A DNA stretch of 64,000 bases from Gemmatimonadales bacterium (GCA_037189525.1 JBBCJC010000003.1:657314-721313); one strand, 5' to 3'. Shown: positions 32,426 to 43,056, counted from the first letter of the stretch. Translations and numbers: made by a program. Notes: a model not told the origin generated them from the sequence alone.

Positions 32426-33773
32426 GCAGACGCTCCGGGGCGCGCCCTGGAGCCAGGAAGCCGAGCAAGCGGTGTTGGGCGCCATGATCCTCGATCAGGA
32501 CGCGGCGCTGCGCGCGGTCGAATCGCTCGACCATTCGATGTTCTATCGCGAGTCGCATCGCCGACTCTTCCGCGCGCTCGTGGCCCTGACCGAGCAGCGG
32601 GTGGTGATCGACCACGTCACCCTGCGCGACGAACTGGTCCGGCGTGGCGACCTCGAGGCCGTCGGGGGGATGGAGTACCTGGCCGAGGTGGTCGATTCGG
32701 TAGCCACCGCGGCGAACCTCGACCACCACGCCCGGATCGTCAAAGACAAGGGGCTCCTGCGGCGGCTGATCGACGTCTCGACCCAGACGATTACCGAAGC
32801 CTATGATGCCAAGCTGTCCGCCGGCGAACTGGTCGACCAGGCCGAAGGACGGATTTTCAAGATTGCGCAGGAGCGGAAGCAGGACGGCTTTACCCGAATC
32901 AAAGAAATGTTGTGGCCGACGATGGAGCGCATCGAAACGCTCCAGAAAAGCGGCAAAAAGATTACCGGGGTGCCGAGCGGCTTCACAGATTTGGATGAGC
33001 TGACGTCCGGATTCCAACCCTCGGAGCTCGTCATCGTGGCTGCGCGTCCGTCGATGGGTAAGACCGCGTTCTGTTTGAACATTGCCACCGAGGCCGGCCA
33101 TCACGGCAGCGGGGTGGCGATTTTCTCGCTGGAAATGTCGAAGGACTCGCTGGTGCAGCGTATGCTGTGCGCCGAGGCCCGAGTCGACAGCCAAGCGGTA
33201 CGGCGCGGCATGCTGCGCGACCGCGATTTCACCAACCTGGCGCGCGCCGCCGGGATTCTGCAGCAGTGCCCGATCTGGATCGATGACACGCCGGCCATCA
33301 CGCTGCTGGAGATGCGCTCCAAGGCGCGGCGGCTCAAAGCGGAGTCTGACCTGGGCATGGTCATCGTCGACTACCTCCAGTTGATGCGCAGCCCTGAATA
33401 TGCCGAGAACCGGGTCCAGGAAGTGTCCGACATTTCGCGGTCGCTCAAGGCGCTGGCGCGTGAGCTGTCGGTGCCGGTGGTGGCGTTGTCGCAGCTGTCG
33501 CGTGCCTCGGAGCAGCGGGGCGGCGACCGGCGTCCGCAGCTTTCTGACCTGCGGGACTCGGGCGCCATCGAGCAGGATGCCGACGTGGTCATCTTCATTC
33601 ACCGGCCCGAGTACTACGATCGCGACGACGAGTCGAAGCGGGGCCTGGCCGAAATCATTCTGGCCAAGCACCGGAACGGTCCGACGGGAGACGTGAATTT
33701 GCGGTTCCATCGGGAGTTTACCCGGTTCGAGGATTTCTCCAACCGGGATCAGGCGCCGTCGTCGGGGTATTAG
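32388..33773 (+). CDS. dnaB: replicative DNA helicase DnaB
   Basis: SQEAEQAVLGAMILD N-terminal motif, GVPSGFTDLDELTSGFQPSELVIVAARPSMGKTAF (Walker A), VIVDYLQLM, LSQLSR, RDSGAIEQDADVV. Confidence 0.95.
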   Translation: MTSASPDNLLTVEQTLRGAPWSQEAEQAVLGAMILDQDAALRAVESLDHSMFYRESHRRLFRALVALTEQRVVIDHVTLRDELVRRGDLEAVGGMEYLAEVVDSVATAANLDHHARIVKDKGLLRRLIDVSTQTITEAYDAKLSAGELVDQAEGRIFKIAQERKQDGFTRIKEMLWPTMERIETLQKSGKKITGVPSGFTDLDELTSGFQPSELVIVAARPSMGKTAFCLNIATEAGHHGSGVAIFSLEMSKDSLVQRMLCAEARVDSQAVRRGMLRDRDFTNLARAAGILQQCPIWIDDTPAITLLEMRSKARRLKAESDLGMVIVDYLQLMRSPEYAENRVQEVSDISRSLKALARELSVPVVALSQLSRASEQRGGDRRPQLSDLRDSGAIEQDADVVIFIHRPEYYDRDDESKRGLAEIILAKHRNGPTGDVNLRFHREFTRFEDFSNRDQAPSSGY

Positions 33774-33778
33774 CGTAA

Positions 33779-35137
33779 ATGGCCAAGCCCCGATCGGTGT
33801 ACCGCTGTGCCGAGTGCGGACACGAGCACGCCAAGTGGGCCGGGCGATGCGAAGCGTGCGGTGCATGGAACTCGGTCGCCGAGGAACCGACCGAGGCGCG
33901 ACCGGTCCGGCGGACGGCGGCCAAGCGGGTCTTGACGGAGGATCGGCGGCCCCGTCCGCTCGGCGATGTGGCGGGAGAGCGGCTCGAACGCTGGTCGCTC
34001 GGGATTCCGGAACTCGACTTCGTGTTCGGAGGGGGCGTGGTGCCCGGGTCGATGTCGCTGATCGGCGGGGAACCCGGAGTAGGCAAATCCACGCTACTGT
34101 TGCAGGCGGCTGCGCGGCTGGTGGAAAGCGGCCGCCGGGTGCTCTATGCCAGCGGGGAAGAGTCGGCCGAGCAGATTCGGCTCCGCGCCGACCGGCTGGC
34201 GGAAGATGCCCGAGGCGTCCTGGTGCTCGGCGAAACGCATCTGGAAACGATCCTGGCGGCCACCCGCGAGGTCGCCGCCGATTTGCTCATCCTCGATTCG
34301 ATCCAGACGGTCTTCACGGAGGCGCTGGAGAGCGCGCCCGGCAGCGTGGGGCAAGTCCGCGAATCGGCCGCCCGGCTGATGCGATTTGCCAAGGAATCGG
34401 GCGTCAGCGTAGTCGTAGTCGGCCACGTCACCAAAGGCGGGATGCTGGCCGGCCCCAAAACCCTCGAACATATCGTCGACACGGTCCTCTACTTCGAGGG
34501 CGAGACGTCGCTCAACTATCGCCTGCTGCGCGCGACCAAGAACCGCTTCGGTTCGGTTGACGAACTCGGCGTCTTTGCCATGTCGGATCGCGGCCTGACC
34601 GGGGTCCCGAACCCGTCGGCGCTGTTTCTGGAAGCCCGGTCGACCACGACGAGCGGCAGTGCCGTCACGGCGCTGATGGAGGGCACCCGTCCGGTTCTGG
34701 TCGAGGTGCAGGCGCTTGCTGCGCCGTCCGGATACGGTACTCCGCAGCGGGTCGCGACAGGACTGGATCCGAAACGCCTCGCCGTGCTGCTGGCCGTGCT
34801 CGAGCGGCGAGGGGGCCACAACTTCGGGGCGCTCGACGTCTTCGTGCAGGTCAGTGCGGGGGTTCGGCTGACCGAGCCCGGTGCGGACCTGGCGGTTGCC
34901 GCGGCGCTGGTGTCCAGTCTGCTCAATCAGCCGACTCCGGCCGACGCGCTCTTTCTCGGCGAGATCGGTCTGGCGGGTGAGGTCCGTCCCGTCGGCGGAA
35001 TCGATCGGCGGCTGGCGGAAGCGGGGCGGCTCGGGTTCCGGCGCGCTTTCGGGTCGGGACGACACGGCGACTCGCCCGGGATCCAGTGTGTCTCGCTCGA
35101 CCATATCGACGAGCTGGTGCATGTCCTCGCGGCGTGA
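33779..35137 (+). CDS. radA: DNA repair protein RadA/Sms
   Basis: Zn finger CAECGHEHAKWAGRCEACGAWNS, Walker A GGEPGVGKSTLLLQ, KNRFG motif and a Lon-like C-terminal domain. Confidence 0.95.
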   Translation: MAKPRSVYRCAECGHEHAKWAGRCEACGAWNSVAEEPTEARPVRRTAAKRVLTEDRRPRPLGDVAGERLERWSLGIPELDFVFGGGVVPGSMSLIGGEPGVGKSTLLLQAAARLVESGRRVLYASGEESAEQIRLRADRLAEDARGVLVLGETHLETILAATREVAADLLILDSIQTVFTEALESAPGSVGQVRESAARLMRFAKESGVSVVVVGHVTKGGMLAGPKTLEHIVDTVLYFEGETSLNYRLLRATKNRFGSVDELGVFAMSDRGLTGVPNPSALFLEARSTTTSGSAVTALMEGTRPVLVEVQALAAPSGYGTPQRVATGLDPKRLAVLLAVLERRGGHNFGALDVFVQVSAGVRLTEPGADLAVAAALVSSLLNQPTPADALFLGEIGLAGEVRPVGGIDRRLAEAGRLGFRRAFGSGRHGDSPGIQCVSLDHIDELVHVLAA

Positions 35138-35828
35138 CGTGGGCGTCGTGGTGGTGGCCGGCGGCCGCGGAGTCCGGGCGGGCGGCGGCGTGCCGAAGCA
35201 ATATCGCCTGCTGGGCAACGTGCCGGTGCTGCTCCGGGCGCTCCGGCCGTTTCTGGCGCATCCGGCGGTGGATCGGGTGGTCGCGGTACTGCCGGAATCC
35301 GATGTGGAGGCGCCGCCCGAATGGCTCCGCCCGCTGATCGGCGACCGGCTGGTGCTCGCGTCCGGAGGGGCGGACCGGATGGGGTCGGTCGAGCAGGGCA
35401 TTGCGCAGCTGCCGGACTCGACGACAGTCGTCGTCGTCCATGACGGGGCGCGACCGTTCGTCGATGCCGCAGTCATCGAGGCCGTGATCGTGGCGGCGCG
35501 GGCCGGGCGCGGGGCCATCGCGGCCGTTCCGGTGGCCGATACGCTCAAGCGATCGGTGGCCGGGTCGGGCGCGGAGCCGGTCATCGCCGAAACCGTCTCC
35601 CGCGAGGCGTTGTGGCGGGCCCAGACGCCTCAGGCGTTTCCTGTAGAGGTGCTGCGCCGCGGGTTGGCGGCGGCGCGCGCAGCCGGGGTGACCGTTACCG
35701 ACGATGCGCAGGCGGTCGAGTCGCAAGGACTTCCAGTCGTCCTCGTGCCTGATCGCCCGACCAATTTCAAGCTGACCACGCCGGCCGATTTTGCGCTGGC
35801 GGAGGCGCTGATCCGGGGGGAAGCGTGA
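35121..35828 (+). CDS. ispD: 2-C-methyl-D-erythritol 4-phosphate cytidylyltransferase
   Basis: ATG 35121 overlaps the radA end by 17 nt. VVVAGGRGVRAGGGVPKQY, VVVHDGARPF, VTDDAQAVE. Confidence 0.85.
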   Translation: MSSRRDVGVVVVAGGRGVRAGGGVPKQYRLLGNVPVLLRALRPFLAHPAVDRVVAVLPESDVEAPPEWLRPLIGDRLVLASGGADRMGSVEQGIAQLPDSTTVVVVHDGARPFVDAAVIEAVIVAARAGRGAIAAVPVADTLKRSVAGSGAEPVIAETVSREALWRAQTPQAFPVEVLRRGLAAARAAGVTVTDDAQAVESQGLPVVLVPDRPTNFKLTTPADFALAEALIRGEA

Positions 35829-36475
35829 TTCTGCCGTTTCACGACGACCATGATGTCGATGCGGCGGCGGCCGTGGTCGGTCCGCACCTGGCGGGCGGCG
35901 GTTTGCTCGGCTACCCCACGGAAACGGTTTACGGTCTCGGCTCGTATCCGACGGACGAAGGGCTCAACGCGCTGGCGCGCCTCAAGGGCCGTCCGGAGCG
36001 GAAGCCGTTTCTTCTGCTGATCGCGAGCCGGCTGATGGCGGAGCACGCCGGGCTCGTCTTTACGGCGTCGGCGCGGGCGTTGGCCGATCATTTCTGGCCC
36101 GGGCCGCTCACCCTGGTGCTCAAAGGCGGTGAAGGCCGCTTGCCGGCGCGCCTGCGCGGCGCCGAAGGGGGCGTGGCGGTGCGTCACACCTCGCATCGGG
36201 GCATGGCGCGACTGATCGCGCGACTCGACCAGCCGATTACTTCGACCTCTGCCAATCTGTCCGGCGGGCCACCCGCGCCGGGTCCGGCCAAGCTGGTCGA
36301 ACTGTTTGCGCCGGCCGTGCTCGGCGGGCAACTGATCGTTCTGGACGGCGGCGTTCTGGGGAACGTGCCGCCGTCGACACTCGTCGACTGTACCACGCCG
36401 GTGCCGATCCTGATTCGCGAAGGGGCGATTCCCCGGGACGAACTCCGGCGCGCGGTAGGAAGGCTGGCGCCCTGA
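35825..36475 (+). CDS. tsaC: L-threonylcarbamoyladenylate synthase (YrdC/TsaC type, single domain)
   Basis: GTGA overlap with ispD. GGLLGYPTETVYGLG, KGRPERKPFLLLI, ITSTSANLSG. Confidence 0.85.
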   Translation: MILPFHDDHDVDAAAAVVGPHLAGGGLLGYPTETVYGLGSYPTDEGLNALARLKGRPERKPFLLLIASRLMAEHAGLVFTASARALADHFWPGPLTLVLKGGEGRLPARLRGAEGGVAVRHTSHRGMARLIARLDQPITSTSANLSGGPPAPGPAKLVELFAPAVLGGQLIVLDGGVLGNVPPSTLVDCTTPVPILIREGAIPRDELRRAVGRLAP

Positions 36476-36936
36476 TGCGAGTCCTGATCGTCTGTACCGG
36501 GAACACCTGTCGCAGTCCGTTGGCTGCGGCGTTGATCCGACAAGGGTTGTTGCTTGCCGGCCATACCGGAATCGATGTCGAGTCGGCTGGGACCGGCGCC
36601 TGGGACGGCGCCCCGGTGTCCGAAGGAGCCTACCTGGTGGGCCTGGAGAGCGGCCTCGATCTGTCGGCGCATCGGGCCAGGCTCCTGACCAAGGGGTTGG
36701 TCGACCAGGCCGATCTCATCCTCACCATGTCCCGTCCGCATCTCGGCCGGGTGCGGGAACTGGGCGGCGGGAGCCGCGCGCACCTGCTGGGAGAGTACGC
36801 CGGCTTGGTCGGCAACCAGGCCGAAGTCGGTGATCCGTTCGGCGGAGCGGTGGAGGAGTACCGGGCGACGCTGCGGGAACTCGAGGCGATGCTGCCCGCC
36901 ATCATGGCTCGGATCGTCGGTTCGGCCGGCGCATGA
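36475..36936 (+). CDS. low-molecular-weight protein tyrosine/arginine phosphatase
   Basis: MRVLIVCTGNTCRSPLAAA is the CX5R(S) P-loop. VGDPFGG is the Asp loop. There is a 1-nt overlap with the tsaC stop. Confidence 0.85.
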   Translation: MRVLIVCTGNTCRSPLAAALIRQGLLLAGHTGIDVESAGTGAWDGAPVSEGAYLVGLESGLDLSAHRARLLTKGLVDQADLILTMSRPHLGRVRELGGGSRAHLLGEYAGLVGNQAEVGDPFGGAVEEYRATLRELEAMLPAIMARIVGSAGA

Positions 36937-37727
36937 TCTCGGCTCGGACCCGGACCTTTGCGCTGCTCGGCAATCCGGTCGGGCATTCGCTCTCGCCGGC
37001 AATGCACAACGCGGCCTTTGGCGCGCTGGGGCTCGATGCGGTGTATGTCGCCCTGTCCTGCGCGGCGGAGGACGTTGCCGGGCTGATGCGGGGACTGGCC
37101 CGGGCCGGGGGCGGGGGCAATGTGACTGTGCCGCACAAACTGGTTGCTGCGCAGGTGGCGCGCAGTGCCGATGGCCGCCCGCTTCTGGCCTGCAACACAT
37201 TCTGGGGCGAGCAGGGCGACGTCATAGGCGACGAAACCGATCCGGCCGGGGTGCGCTATGCCTGGGAACAACTCGGCGCGCCGCCGGGCGATTGGCTGGT
37301 GCTGGGTACCGGAGGCAGCGCGCTGGGCACCGCGCGGGCGGCGCGGGATCTGGGAGTCGGGGTCCGGGTGATCTCGCGCTCGCCGGAACGCGCGGCTCAC
37401 TTTGCGCACGAACTGGAGGCCCAGGGCACCCGGCCGGTTAACGGAAGAATTGGGCTGGTCGTCAACTGCACCCCGTTGGGTCTCGCCGCCGCCGATGCGC
37501 TGCCGCTGGCGCTTGCGGAGGTGCCGGCGGGAGCCGCCGCGCTCGATCTGGTTTACCAGCCGGGCCAGACGCGTTGGGTCCGCGCCTTGCAAGGCGCAGG
37601 TGTGGTCGCATGCGACGGGCGCGACGTCCTGCTGGGCCAGGGGATTCGGGCGTTCGAGCGCTGGTTTCCCGGGGTTGGGGCTCCGGTCGAGGTGATGCGT
37701 GCCGCCCTGGACCGCCACCTGGTCTGA
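36933..37727 (+). CDS. aroE: shikimate dehydrogenase
   Basis: ATGA overlap. FALLGNPVGHSLSPAMHNAAF, NVTVPHK, VLGTGGSA. Confidence 0.9.
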   Translation: MISARTRTFALLGNPVGHSLSPAMHNAAFGALGLDAVYVALSCAAEDVAGLMRGLARAGGGGNVTVPHKLVAAQVARSADGRPLLACNTFWGEQGDVIGDETDPAGVRYAWEQLGAPPGDWLVLGTGGSALGTARAARDLGVGVRVISRSPERAAHFAHELEAQGTRPVNGRIGLVVNCTPLGLAAADALPLALAEVPAGAAALDLVYQPGQTRWVRALQGAGVVACDGRDVLLGQGIRAFERWFPGVGAPVEVMRAALDRHLV

Positions 37728-38436
37728 GGGGCTGACAGCGCTCGAGCGCTGGATCCTTCCCGGTGCGTGCCTGCTGTGTCAGGACCCGGTCGATCCGGCG
37801 TCCGATCCGCTCGTCTGCGCGGTATGCCGGTTGCGGTGGCGCCGGTTGCCCGAGCCGCAGTGCTTCCGGTGCGGACAGCCGATCGACCTCGCGTCGGACT
37901 GCCGAATCTGCCGGGAGTGGCCCGACGGGTTCCGAGGCGTGCGGAGCGCGGTTTGGCTCGAAGCCACGGCCCGCCGAGCGGTGCATCTGCTCAAGTATGA
38001 GGGCTGGCGGCGGATGGCGGTGTCGTTGGCCGATGCGATGCTGGCGCTCGAGCCGCTCCGGGATCGGCCGATCCTGGTGCCGATTCCGCTCTCGGCCACG
38101 CGCGAACGGGCGCGCGGTTATAATCAGAGTGCCGAATTGGCCGGTGGGCTTCTCAGGCGCCGAGGTGGACGGATCTGTTCCTGTCTGGTGCGGACCAGGC
38201 ATACGCGGACCCAGACCACGCTGACGCCGGAGGAGCGAGCCGCCAATCTGGCGGGCGCCTTTGCCACCGTCGGAACGGTGCCGTCGCGCGTCGTGCTTGT
38301 GGACGACGTCTTCACGACGGGCGCCACGCTGGTGGAAGCTGCGCAGGCGTTGTTGCGCGGCGGGGCAGTGGAAGTATCGGCAGTGACGTTCGGGCGTGCG
38401 GAGCTTCCGCTCGCCGCCGTCAGCCGGATGGTGTGA
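37699..38436 (+). CDS. ComF family protein (phosphoribosyltransferase domain)
   Basis: N-terminal Cys pairs (CLLCQD...CAVC...CFRCG...CRIC). PRTase motif VVLVDDVFTTGATL. GTG 37699 start is uncertain. Confidence 0.8.
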   Translation: MPPWTATWSEGLTALERWILPGACLLCQDPVDPASDPLVCAVCRLRWRRLPEPQCFRCGQPIDLASDCRICREWPDGFRGVRSAVWLEATARRAVHLLKYEGWRRMAVSLADAMLALEPLRDRPILVPIPLSATRERARGYNQSAELAGGLLRRRGGRICSCLVRTRHTRTQTTLTPEERAANLAGAFATVGTVPSRVVLVDDVFTTGATLVEAAQALLRGGAVEVSAVTFGRAELPLAAVSRMV

Positions 38437-38486
38437 GTTCGAGCAGGTATCTGACGATCTTTTAGCGGAATTTTCGAGGAGACGAC

Positions 38487-39499
<1,013 letters not shown>

Positions 39500-39503
<4 letters not shown>

Positions 39504-40690
39504 AGCGGACCCTGGCATCGCTCGATCCGGCGCGGCTGGACGGGCAGCGGGCCCTGGTCCGGGTCGATTTCAATTGCCCGGTCAAGGATGGCGCCGTCAC
39601 GGACGACACCCGGATTCGCGCGGCGCTGCCGACCATCAAGTACTTGAGGGAAAAAGGCGCCAGGGTCATCCTGCTGACGCACTTCGGGCGGCCGAAAGGC
39701 AAGGTCGATCCTGCCTTCTCGATCAAGCCGATTGTCCGGCCGCTCGAGCGGTTGCTCGGCGTACCGGTCACGGTGCTCGACGATCCGACCTCCGAAGCAG
39801 CGGCGCAGGCATCGCGCCGCTTGCCGCGGGGCGGCGTGGCGCTGGCCGAGAATACCCGGTTCTATCCGGGAGAAGAAAAGAACGATCCGGAGCTGGCGAA
39901 GCGCTTCGCGGCGCTGGGTGATTTCTTCGTCAACGACGCCTTCGGTGCGGCGCATCGGGCGCATGCCTCGACGGAAGCGGTTGCGCACCTGCTCAAGCCG
40001 GCCGTCTCGGGGTTCCTGATGGAAACCGAGCTCAAGTATCTGGGCGAGGCTCTCGATGATCCCAAGCGGCCGTTCGTCGCGGTGCTGGGTGGCGCCAAGA
40101 TCTCCGGGAAGATCGATCTGATCGATGCGTTGCTGCCGAAGGTGGATGAGATCCTGATCGGCGGGGCCATGGGGTGCACCTTCTTCCGCGCGATGGGCCT
40201 GGAGACCGGAAACTCGCTGGTCGAAGCTGATCGGGTCGATCTGGCGCGGGACCTGATCGAGCGCGCGGGCGACAAGCTGGTGTTGCCGAAGGGCGGGGTG
40301 ATCGCGCCCAGTCTTCGTGAGGGCATCACGACGCTGACGGTGCCGCGTGAATCGGTGCCGCCCGGGTTTGCCGTGTTCGACATCGACCCCGCGACCGCGC
40401 GGAGTTTTGCGGAGCGGATCGTACGGGCCGGTACGGTGGTGTGGAACGGTCCGATGGGGGTCTTCGAGACGAGACCGTTCGATCAGGGCACGCTGGCCAT
40501 TGCGCATGCCATCGCGGCGGCCACCAGCCACGGTGCCGTGACGGTCATCGGCGGGGGCGACTCCGCAGCTGCCGTGGCGCAAGCTGGGCTGACCGATCGG
40601 GTTACCCACGTCTCGACCGGCGGCGGGGCGTCGCTGGAGTTTCTCGAAGGCAAGCCCCTCCCGGGTGTTGCCGCGCTGGACGACGTCTGA
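39500..40690 (+). CDS. pgk: phosphoglycerate kinase
   Basis: ATGA overlap with gap. [37 protein letters not shown]. Confidence 0.95.
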
Positions 40691-41442
40691 TGAGTCGCTC
40701 GCTGATTTTTGCCGCCAACTGGAAGATGAACCTCACGCCCGAGGATGCGCGGGCGTTCGCGGCAGCCTTTCTCGCGGGGTTCGAGCCGGTCCAGGGCCGG
40801 TCGTACTGGTTTTTCCCGAGTGCCGTCAGCATCGAAGCGGCGGCTACCGCGTTTCGGGATCATCCGGTGTCGATTGGTGCGCAGGATATATACTGGGAAC
40901 CGAAGGGCGCCTTTACCGGTGCGACCTCGGTGGCACTGGCGCGGGGTGCCGGCGCCGGGCTCGCGCTGGTGGGCCACTCGGAGCGGCGGCACGTCTTCGG
41001 CGAGACGGACGCGGAGACGGCGCGGAAAGTCCGGGCCGCGGGCGACGGCGGCCTGATCCCGTTGCTTTGTGTCGGCGAAACCCTGGGTGAACGGGATTCC
41101 GATCAGACTGACGCCGTCGTGTTGCGCCAGCTGCGCGCGGCCTGCCGGGACCTGGCGCCGGCGCATCTGGCGCAGGTGATCCTCGCCTATGAGCCGGTCT
41201 GGGCGATCGGGACCGGGAAGAACGCCACGCCGGCCGACGCTGCCCGGGTTCATGCCGTGCTCCGGGCGGAACTCCGGGCCATGGGGCACCCCTCGCCGCG
41301 GATTCTCTACGGCGGCAGTGTCAACGCCTCCAACGTGGGGCAGCTCCTGGCGGAATCCGAGCTCGACGGCGTGCTGGTCGGAGGCGCTAGTCTGGATCCG
41401 GCCGGATGGCGGGCAATCGTCGCGACCGAGCTGGACGCCTGA
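40690..41442 (+). CDS. tpiA: triose-phosphate isomerase
   Basis: 1-nt overlap (TGATG) with pgk. AANWKMN, VGHSERR, AYEPVWAIGTG, YGGSV. Confidence 0.95.
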   Translation: MSRSLIFAANWKMNLTPEDARAFAAAFLAGFEPVQGRSYWFFPSAVSIEAAATAFRDHPVSIGAQDIYWEPKGAFTGATSVALARGAGAGLALVGHSERRHVFGETDAETARKVRAAGDGGLIPLLCVGETLGERDSDQTDAVVLRQLRAACRDLAPAHLAQVILAYEPVWAIGTGKNATPADAARVHAVLRAELRAMGHPSPRILYGGSVNASNVGQLLAESELDGVLVGGASLDPAGWRAIVATELDA

Positions 41443-41463
41443 TCCGGGACCGTCTGTCTCAGG

Positions 41464-41492
41464 TTGACGGAACTTCGTTCCAGGCATTATGT
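41464..41492 (+). promoter_or_regulatory. candidate sigma70-type promoter for secG
   Basis: TTGACG (41464-41469), 17-nt spacer, TTATGT (41487-41492). Confidence 0.35.
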
Positions 41493-41517
41493 TAGAGGGC
41501 TTTTTCCAAGACGACCG

Positions 41518-41877
41518 ATGCTCTACGGACTGATTCTGACGCTCCTGGTAATCGACGGCCTTCTGCTCGCCGTCGTCGTGCTGTTGCAGGCTGGCCAGGG
41601 TGGTGGTCTCGCCTCGCTTGGCGGGGGAGGGACCGATCTCGTGATGGGTGGCCGCCAGGCGGTAACCCTGCTGCACACGCTGTCCTGGTGGACCGGGGGC
41701 ATCTTCATGTTCCTGGCGCTGGTCCTGTCCTTCATGGCGGGCGGCAACACCGTCGGGTCGTCGGCCGTACAGCAGCAGCTCAGGAACGCTCCGGCTCCCG
41801 TCGTCGCGCCGCCGATCGGTGACGTGCCGGCCACGGCGCCCGAGCCGATCACGACGCCGCCTCCGGGCACGAACTAA
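41518..41877 (+). CDS. secG: preprotein translocase subunit SecG (with Pro-rich C-terminal tail)
   Basis: ATG 41518. MLYGLILTLLVIDGLLLAVVVLLQAGQGGGLASLGGGG...; a second TM segment IFMFLALVLSFM. Confidence 0.8.
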   Translation: MLYGLILTLLVIDGLLLAVVVLLQAGQGGGLASLGGGGTDLVMGGRQAVTLLHTLSWWTGGIFMFLALVLSFMAGGNTVGSSAVQQQLRNAPAPVVAPPIGDVPATAPEPITTPPPGTN

Positions 41878-41920
41878 GAGTCCACATGGTATTGCTGATT
41901 GCATCGACCGGGGCGCTCGG

Positions 41921-43045
41921 ATGACCGAGCGCCCCGCATTCGTGTTGCTCGAAGATGGTGCCTGGTTTGCCGGTACCACGCGGTACGACCTGGGTCCGGC
42001 GCTCGGTGAAGTGGTGTTCACCACCAACCTGACCGGGTACCAGGAGACCTTTACCGATCCGAGCTTCATCGGGCAGATCGTGGTGATGACGGCGCCGATG
42101 ATCGGGAACTACGGCGTCAACGAGATCGACCTCGAGTCGGCTCGGCCGCAGATCGCCGGTGTCGTGGTCCGGGAGTTGTCGCAGACCCACTCCAACTGGC
42201 GCGCCACCAAGGGCCTCTCCGACTGGCTGGCCGAGTCCGATATCCCGGTACTCGAGGGGGTCGACACCCGGCGGTTGACCCGGCATCTGCGAGAGCGCGG
42301 GGCGATGCGGGGCATCATTGCGGCGGGCCTCGAACCGACCGACGAACTCCGGGCCATGCTGATGGGTTCGCCGGGCATGGCGGGCCTCGACCTGGCTTCG
42401 ACGGCGGGGACGCGGGACGTCTATCGGGAAGGTCCCGATAACCGGCCGCACGTCGTGGCGCTCGACTTCGGGATGAAGAGGAATATCGTCCGGATGCTGG
42501 TCGATGCCGGCTGCCGGGTCACGGTCATGCCGGGCAACACCCCCCCGGCGGAAGTGCTGGCCCAGAAGCCCGACGGGTTGTTCCTGTCCAACGGCCCCGG
42601 TGATCCGGGCGCTTTGACCCAGGCGATCGAGAATATCCGGGCGCTGACGGGCACCGGGATGCCCACCTTCGGGATCTGCCTGGGCCATCAGCTGCTGGGG
42701 TGGGCCTTCGGCGGGCGGACGGTCAAGCTCCCGTACGGGCACCGGGGCGGCAATCACCCGGTCCAGGATCTGGAGACCGGCCGGGTGCTGATTACCTCCC
42801 AGAATCACGGTTTTTCGGTCGAAGGGGGCCGAGACGGGGTCCCTGGGGCGCCGGACGTGGCGGTCACCCACATCAACCTGAACGACGGAACGGTCGAGGG
42901 CCTGCGCCACCGAAAGCTCCCGGTCTTTGCCGTTCAGTACCATCCGGAGGCGGCTCCGGGCCCTCATGACGCGTTCCCGCACTTCCAGGAATTTCTGGCT
43001 CTGATGGCTTCACAAACCGTTAACCCCTTGACACACAAGGGTTAA
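41921..43045 (+). CDS. carA: carbamoyl-phosphate synthase small (glutaminase) subunit
   Basis: ATG 41921. FTTNLTGYQETFTDPSFIGQIV, LSNGPGDP, GICLGHQLL (catalytic Cys), AVQYHPEA. Confidence 0.95.
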   Translation: MTERPAFVLLEDGAWFAGTTRYDLGPALGEVVFTTNLTGYQETFTDPSFIGQIVVMTAPMIGNYGVNEIDLESARPQIAGVVVRELSQTHSNWRATKGLSDWLAESDIPVLEGVDTRRLTRHLRERGAMRGIIAAGLEPTDELRAMLMGSPGMAGLDLASTAGTRDVYREGPDNRPHVVALDFGMKRNIVRMLVDAGCRVTVMPGNTPPAEVLAQKPDGLFLSNGPGDPGALTQAIENIRALTGTGMPTFGICLGHQLLGWAFGGRTVKLPYGHRGGNHPVQDLETGRVLITSQNHGFSVEGGRDGVPGAPDVAVTHINLNDGTVEGLRHRKLPVFAVQYHPEAAPGPHDAFPHFQEFLALMASQTVNPLTHKG

Positions 43046-43056
43046 GGCCATAGTAT
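43028..43056 (+). promoter_or_regulatory. candidate sigma70-type promoter for the HU/IHF-like gene (inside the carA 3' end)
   Basis: Consensus TTGACA (43028-43033), 17-nt spacer, TAGTAT (43051-43056). An 8-bp inverted repeat agcgtcga/tcgacgct lies downstream in the leader. Confidence 0.45.
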
